This document shows, piece by piece, positions 47,494 through 52,467 of a DNA stretch of 52,467 nucleotides (the stretch's first letter is position 1; every line of letters starts with the position of its first letter). The translations under genes and the position numbers were made by a program. Source of the stretch: Candidatus Latescibacterota bacterium (GTDB lineage Bacteria; Latescibacterota; UBA2968; UBA8231); assembly GCA_029941315.1 (NCBI GenBank), contig JAPYQE010000004.1:143-52609 (forward strand), given 5' to 3'. The notes beneath the pieces were generated by a model, which saw nothing but the letters and a program-made list of their open reading frames with translations, searched no databases and was not told the origin of the DNA.

Positions 47494-48777
47494 ATGGCGG
47501 AAACGGCTAGCTTGAATATTGAAGACAAGACGGTAGAATTGCCCATCGTCGTCGGCAGCGAGGGCGAGAAGGCACTGGATATTTCCAAGTTGCGCGCAGA
47601 AACCGGCTATATCACCCTGGACCAGGGCTACGGCAATACCGGCTCGTGTCAGAGCGATATCACCTTTATCGATGGCGACAAAGGCATTTTGCGTTATCGG
47701 GGCTACGCGATCGAGGACTTGGCCGCGAATAGCACTTTTATCGAGACCGCCTACCTGTTGATCTGGGGCGAGTTGCCCAGCGAAGAGCCGTTGAAGGAGT
47801 TCAGCGCGCTGTTCAGCAAGCACCAGATGTTGCGCGAGGGCATCAAACACCACTTCAACCTCTTTCCGCCGAATTCGCCACCGATGGCGGTCCTCTCCTC
47901 GGTGCTCAACGCACTGAGTTGTTATTATCCCGAGCTTATGGAGATCGAGGACGAGGAGACCTTCACCGAAGCCTCGGCCAGGATCATGTCCAAGGTTCGC
48001 ACGATCGCCGCTTATTCCTACCGCCAGCAGTTGGGGCACCATATCGAGTATCCGCACCCGAAAAAGAAGTTCGCCGAGAATTTCCTGCACATGATGTTCA
48101 GTCAGCCCTACAACGAGTTTGAGCCCGATCCGATCTTGGTCAAGGCGCTGGACCTGATCTTTCTGTTGCACGCCGACCACGAACAAAACTGCAGCACTTC
48201 GACCGTGCGCATGGTCGGCAGCAGCGAAGCCAATCTTTTCGCCTCGGTCGCCGCTGGCGTCGGTGCGTTGTGGGGGCCGCTGCACGGAGGGGCCAATGTG
48301 GCGGTGGTCGAGATGCTCGAACGCATCAGCGCGGAGAACCTGTCGGTCAGCGACTTCGTCAGCCAAGTCAAGGACAAGAAGGCCGGTATTCGCCTGATGG
48401 GTTTCGGTCACCGGGTCTATAAAAACTTCGACCCGCGCGCCAATATCATCAAAAAGAGCTGCGAGGAGGTTCTGGCCAAGTTACATATCGACGACCCGAT
48501 GCTCGATATCGCCAAGGAGCTAGAAGCCGTGGCATTGGAAGACGAGTATTTTATCCAGCGGAAGCTCTATCCCAACGTCGATTTCTATAGCGGTGTAATA
48601 CTCCGGGCCCTCGGCATTCCCAAGGAGATGTTCACTGTGATCTTCGCCATCGGCCGCATGCCGGGCTGGATCGCGCAGTGGTACGAGGAGAGCAAGTCCA
48701 CCAAGATCAGCCGGCCGCGCCAGATCTATACGGGCTCGGTCGAGCGGACTTATCAGCCGATAGGGGAGCGGTCCTGA
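47494..48777 (+). CDS. gltA: Citrate synthase (type II-like)
   Basis: DGDKGILRYRGY, HADHEQNCST, GPLHGGAN, MGFGHRVYKNFDPRA, YPNVDFYSG, RPRQ.Y; AGGAG SD. Confidence 0.96.
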   Translation: MAETASLNIEDKTVELPIVVGSEGEKALDISKLRAETGYITLDQGYGNTGSCQSDITFIDGDKGILRYRGYAIEDLAANSTFIETAYLLIWGELPSEEPLKEFSALFSKHQMLREGIKHHFNLFPPNSPPMAVLSSVLNALSCYYPELMEIEDEETFTEASARIMSKVRTIAAYSYRQQLGHHIEYPHPKKKFAENFLHMMFSQPYNEFEPDPILVKALDLIFLLHADHEQNCSTSTVRMVGSSEANLFASVAAGVGALWGPLHGGANVAVVEMLERISAENLSVSDFVSQVKDKKAGIRLMGFGHRVYKNFDPRANIIKKSCEEVLAKLHIDDPMLDIAKELEAVALEDEYFIQRKLYPNVDFYSGVILRALGIPKEMFTVIFAIGRMPGWIAQWYEESKSTKISRPRQIYTGSVERTYQPIGERS

Positions 48778-48781
48778 TCGT

Positions 48782-49348
48782 ATGAGTGTCGAAACGGACA
48801 AGGACAGGGCCTTTGAAGAGACCTCTGGCGATGACGGCGGGCCCGATGGGATCTTCGAACCGGATGATTCTGCGGCTGTAGCCGCGCAGCAATGTCCCTC
48901 GTGCGGCCTTTTCCCCTTTGGCGATGCGGTTAGCGAATGCCCAGACTGCGGCACCGCGCTGGGCGGCGAGGACCGCTCCCAGCAGAAAAGCGTGCTGTTG
49001 GCTGATGACTCGACCATGGCTCGGGGCAAGATCGGGGCGATTCTCAAGCAGATGGATTGTCAAGTGGTTGAGGCGATAGACGGCGACGAGGCGTTGCGTC
49101 TGGCGGCGATGTCCAAGCCGGATCTTATTATCCTCGATGTGATGATGCCAAACCGCGACGGCATCAAGACACTGTGCGAATTGCGCAATGACACTCAGTT
49201 CAAGGATACGCCAATGGTCATGTTGACTTCCAAGGCGGACGCAAAGACCGTCGCCTTGGCCCTGCGCAGCCAGGCCTCTGATTATATTCTCAAGGACGCC
49301 TCGGTCGATGAGATCAAGGAACGTCTTGCGTTATACCTGGGTGGGTAA
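48782..49348 (+). CDS. Response regulator with N-terminal Zn ribbon
   Basis: CPSC...CPDC, then REC domain (ADD, LDVMMP, MLT, DYILK). Confidence 0.85.
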   Translation: MSVETDKDRAFEETSGDDGGPDGIFEPDDSAAVAAQQCPSCGLFPFGDAVSECPDCGTALGGEDRSQQKSVLLADDSTMARGKIGAILKQMDCQVVEAIDGDEALRLAAMSKPDLIILDVMMPNRDGIKTLCELRNDTQFKDTPMVMLTSKADAKTVALALRSQASDYILKDASVDEIKERLALYLGG

Positions 49349-49385
49349 TAACGCGATATTTGCGGAGATAATAAACGCTGTCGCT

Positions 49386-52199
49386 TTAGAAGCGGCGAGA
49401 TAATTTGTCCCGCGTGCGTCTGAACGCGGTTTCGATCGATACGATCAATTCTTCAGTACCCTCCAATGAACCATCACGGCCGAGCTGTTCGAGGTCGGCG
49501 CAGAGATCGGTGAGTGTCTGGGCGCCGAGGTTCAGGCTGCCGCCTTTGAGGGTATGCGCTTCCCGTTCCATCGTTTCGGTGTCTCCGGCGGCGGCGGCGG
49601 TGCGTATGGCGGAGACGCACGCCTGGCCGTCCTCGGCAAATTGCTCGATAAAATCATCCAGCGAAAAATACCCCCCTTCTTCGAGCTTTTTGAGCTCGTT
49701 GAGCGCCGTCTCGTCGAGAATGCAGTTCTCGTCGTTTAGTGTCCGCACGAAATCGTTAAGCGCGCCGGCCAGACGTTCGATTTCGGATTCCAGGTCATCC
49801 GCGGAGATATGGCCTTGCAAGTCCTTGGTCTGCGCGACGGCGGGCGCGGCGCCGAAGTTGATAATGGTTTCATGGAGATCATACGCCGCGCTGGCCAGGC
49901 CTTCCCGCATCTGCCCGAGTAGATGCGGGTAACTCTCGGAAGATAGTTCGAGCCGTTGGTGGAACAGCGCGGCCTTGTTCCCAAGGCGTTCTAGTGCTGT
50001 TTCATCTATCAGCGATAGGGCGTCCTCGGCCGGCTCATTTCCCCGCGTTAGCTTGTCGATCAGCCCCAGTAAGCGCTTCCGGCGGATGGGTTTGGAAGCG
50101 TAGTCGTCCATACCGGCTTTGAGGCAGCGCTCGTGGTCGCCTTTCATGGCGTTGGCGGTCAGGGCGATGATGGGCACGCGTCCACCTTCCCGAGCCTCGC
50201 GCTCGCGGATCGCGGCGGTGGCGGCGAAACCGTCCATTTCGGGCATCTGCACGTCCATCAGTACCACGTCGAAGTCGCCTGCCGCGAGTTTTTCCACGGC
50301 TTCTCGCCCGTTGCGGGCGATGACGAGCTGGTGGCCCGCTTCTCTCAGTATACCCACGGCGACTTTCTCATTGAGTGCATCATCTTCGGCCAACAGGATT
50401 CGGCGCGGCGGTCCGCCCTGACTCGTCTCGTCTTCGGCGGGTAAGCTGTCGGCGACGGGTTGGCCGCTGCTGAGGGCCAAGTGTATGGTAAAATAGAAAG
50501 TACTGCCCTTGCTCGGGGTGCTCTCGACCCAGATCTCCCCGCCCATCAGAGCGACTAGTTGCGAGGATATCGCCAGGCCTAGGCCCGAGCCGCCGTAACG
50601 GCGGGTGGTTGAGGTGTCGGCTTGGGAGAAGGCGGCGAAAATGCGTTGTTGTTGTTCGCTGTCGAGCCCGATGCCGGTGTCGTGCACGGCGACGCGCAGC
50701 TCGACGCGCTCCTTGTTCTGTTGGCTCGTGACGCGGATGTCGATACCGCCCTCTTCGGTGAATTTCAGGGCGTTGCCGACCAGGTTGATAACGATCTGGC
50801 GCAAGCGCAACGCATCGCCTTGCAATACATCGGGGACTGCCTCGTCGACTTTAAGCGTCAGGGCCAGGTGTTTTTCGCTGGCTCTGGGCCCGAAGATCTT
50901 GACGGTATCCCCGAGGGTGCGTCGCAGGGCGAAGTCCTTTATTTCGAGGGTGAGTTTATCGGCCTCAATACGGGACAGGTCGAGAATGCTGTCGATGAGC
51001 GCAAGCAGCGTATTGGCCGAAACGTGCACCACATCGAGGTGGTCCTGTTGCTTGGCGTCGAGTGAGGTCCGAGACAACAGATTGGTCATGCCGAGGATGG
51101 CGTTCATCGGCGTGCGGATTTCATGGCTCATATTGGCCAGGAAATCGCTTTTCGACTGGTTAGCGATCTCGGCTGCCTCTTTAGCCCGTTGCAGCTCTTC
51201 CGCGCTGTGGTGCCGGTCGACGATGTCCCAGAAGCGCTGGAACCCCTGGGAAAACACTTGGGCGAAACGCGTCGCGATATCGATATCGCGTTGGGAGAAG
51301 GTCTCGGTGCGTCCGCGCTCGATGGCCAACGTGCCCTGCGAGAAGGGTATGTCGATGGCGTGGCCTCCGTCGGTCAGTTGTCGGCTGTGGGTTTGCCCGT
51401 TTTTCCAGGTCTGGATCACCCAAGGTCGTTCTAAGGGACCGTCGCTGGCCGGCGAAACCGGCGACACGAGCCGGGTTATGGCGGTCAAGGGATCTGCAGC
51501 CGAGGGGGCGATGGTGAGAAAGTCGCTGCCATACTCGTTGACGATGTGGATCGCGGTCGTATTCGGTTTTACTCCGAGTTCTTCTAGCTGCTCGTGGATC
51601 TCACGGACCACCCGTACCAGGTCCTCGGGCTGGTCCATGCCGGCGATCTGCAGACGGATGGCGGCTTCGGCTTCTTCGAAGTGGTATTCCCAGCGCAGTT
51701 TCTGCTCAGCCTCTTCGCGTTCGGTTACTTCGAGCTGCAGTGATTCGTTGGCCCGGCTCAATTCGGCGGTGCGTTCGGCGACGCGTATTTCGAGGTTGGC
51801 GTTGGCCCTTTCGAGCTCTTCCTCGATCCGGCGTTTGTAGAGCGATATTTCTATCGAGGTCTGTAGCTCGCGGTCCTTGAAGGGCTTGAGCAGATACGCG
51901 AAAGGCTCGGTGGCCTTGGCCCTTTCGAGCGTGGCGTTGTCGGAAAAGGCCGAGAGAAAGATTACCGGGATGCGCAGCTTGTCGCGGATGTAGCCGGCGG
52001 CCTCGACCCCGTCCATATTCCCAGCGAGTTGGATGTCCATAAGCACCAAGTCAGGGGCTACACTGCCGGCCTTCGCGATGGCGTCTTCGCCCGTCGCCAC
52101 GTGCAGGGGCACCTCGTAGCCCATTTTCTCGAGCTTGTCGATGATGTTAATGGCGATGATCTGCACGTCTTCGACGACCATAATCCGGGTTTTGCTCAC
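49386..52199 (-). CDS. Cytoplasmic hybrid histidine kinase REC-(GAF-like)-HisKA-HATPase-REC-(degenerate Hpt)-Hpt
   Basis: [44 protein letters not shown]; no TM helix. Confidence 0.92.
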   Translation of the reverse strand: MSKTRIMVVEDVQIIAINIIDKLEKMGYEVPLHVATGEDAIAKAGSVAPDLVLMDIQLAGNMDGVEAAGYIRDKLRIPVIFLSAFSDNATLERAKATEPFAYLLKPFKDRELQTSIEISLYKRRIEEELERANANLEIRVAERTAELSRANESLQLEVTEREEAEQKLRWEYHFEEAEAAIRLQIAGMDQPEDLVRVVREIHEQLEELGVKPNTTAIHIVNEYGSDFLTIAPSAADPLTAITRLVSPVSPASDGPLERPWVIQTWKNGQTHSRQLTDGGHAIDIPFSQGTLAIERGRTETFSQRDIDIATRFAQVFSQGFQRFWDIVDRHHSAEELQRAKEAAEIANQSKSDFLANMSHEIRTPMNAILGMTNLLSRTSLDAKQQDHLDVVHVSANTLLALIDSILDLSRIEADKLTLEIKDFALRRTLGDTVKIFGPRASEKHLALTLKVDEAVPDVLQGDALRLRQIVINLVGNALKFTEEGGIDIRVTSQQNKERVELRVAVHDTGIGLDSEQQQRIFAAFSQADTSTTRRYGGSGLGLAISSQLVALMGGEIWVESTPSKGSTFYFTIHLALSSGQPVADSLPAEDETSQGGPPRRILLAEDDALNEKVAVGILREAGHQLVIARNGREAVEKLAAGDFDVVLMDVQMPEMDGFAATAAIREREAREGGRVPIIALTANAMKGDHERCLKAGMDDYASKPIRRKRLLGLIDKLTRGNEPAEDALSLIDETALERLGNKAALFHQRLELSSESYPHLLGQMREGLASAAYDLHETIINFGAAPAVAQTKDLQGHISADDLESEIERLAGALNDFVRTLNDENCILDETALNELKKLEEGGYFSLDDFIEQFAEDGQACVSAIRTAAAAGDTETMEREAHTLKGGSLNLGAQTLTDLCADLEQLGRDGSLEGTEELIVSIETAFRRTRDKLSRRF

Positions 52200-52467
52200 G
52201 ACGCGGTCTCCTCAGGTATGGCAGTGGTCCAGGAAGTCAGTTGTGATATAACCCTTTCCAGCTCTCGCGCTAATCGGTCGGTAACGGTAGCGGCTTTGTC
52301 CAACTTCCGTTGCTTGCCGAGGCTTTCCAGTTCGTCGGCCAACGCCAGGTCGAGGCCGAGTGTGCCCAGCGGGCTTTTGATCGTGTGGGCACACCGCGCG
52401 AGGGCCACACGATCGGCGGCTTTGAGGTCGTTGCGCCGTTGGGCCAGATAACTGGGACCGTCTTGCA
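52196..52467 (-). CDS. C-terminal Hpt domain of an upstream gene, truncated by window edge
   Basis: [17 protein letters not shown]...LA.ELE; GTGA overlap with the hybrid kinase start. Confidence 0.8.
   Translation of the reverse strand, partial: QDGPSYLAQRRNDLKAADRVALARCAHTIKSPLGTLGLDLALADELESLGKQRKLDKAATVTDRLARELERVISQLTSWTTAIPEETAS

Noticed and set aside
1-52467. CRISPR array, tRNA/rRNA, transposase or defence system
   Set aside because: No regularly spaced repeats, RNA gene signatures or relevant protein motifs were seen by eye.

Overview
Chromosomal window of a GC-rich bacterium. The gene set (several PhyH dioxygenases, a sulfatase, secreted proteins with C-terminal Ig-like sorting tails, a C25 peptidase) suggests an FCB-group lineage such as Ca. 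Latescibacterota; this is an inference. The left part (1-23 kb) is catabolic: an SDR-ROK-MetE-like-MBL-Gfo-Gfo operon, a PhyH/deacetylase/Ldh2/M14 operon, nucleoside hydrolase, topB, sulfatase and an enolase-superfamily dehydratase. The right part holds secreted proteins, hemB, a second MetE-like gene, a cobalamin riboswitch-btuB-BtuG-like unit, moaB, glutaminyl cyclase, gltA and a phosphorelay. At least seven decayed gene remnants are interspersed. I saw no rRNA, tRNA, CRISPR array or transposase. Top leads: (1) a promoter-bounded, highly structured ~120-nt leader RNA (19054-19176) that can sequester the Shine-Dalgarno (SD) sequence of a gene with two tandem uncharacterised helical domains; (2) MetE-like Zn alkyltransferases in a sugar-catabolic operon with an atypical ROK kinase; (3) a B12-regulated BtuG-like propeller with a T9SS-like tail, within a set of such tailed proteins. 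All family calls come from motif recognition by eye; no database searches were run.
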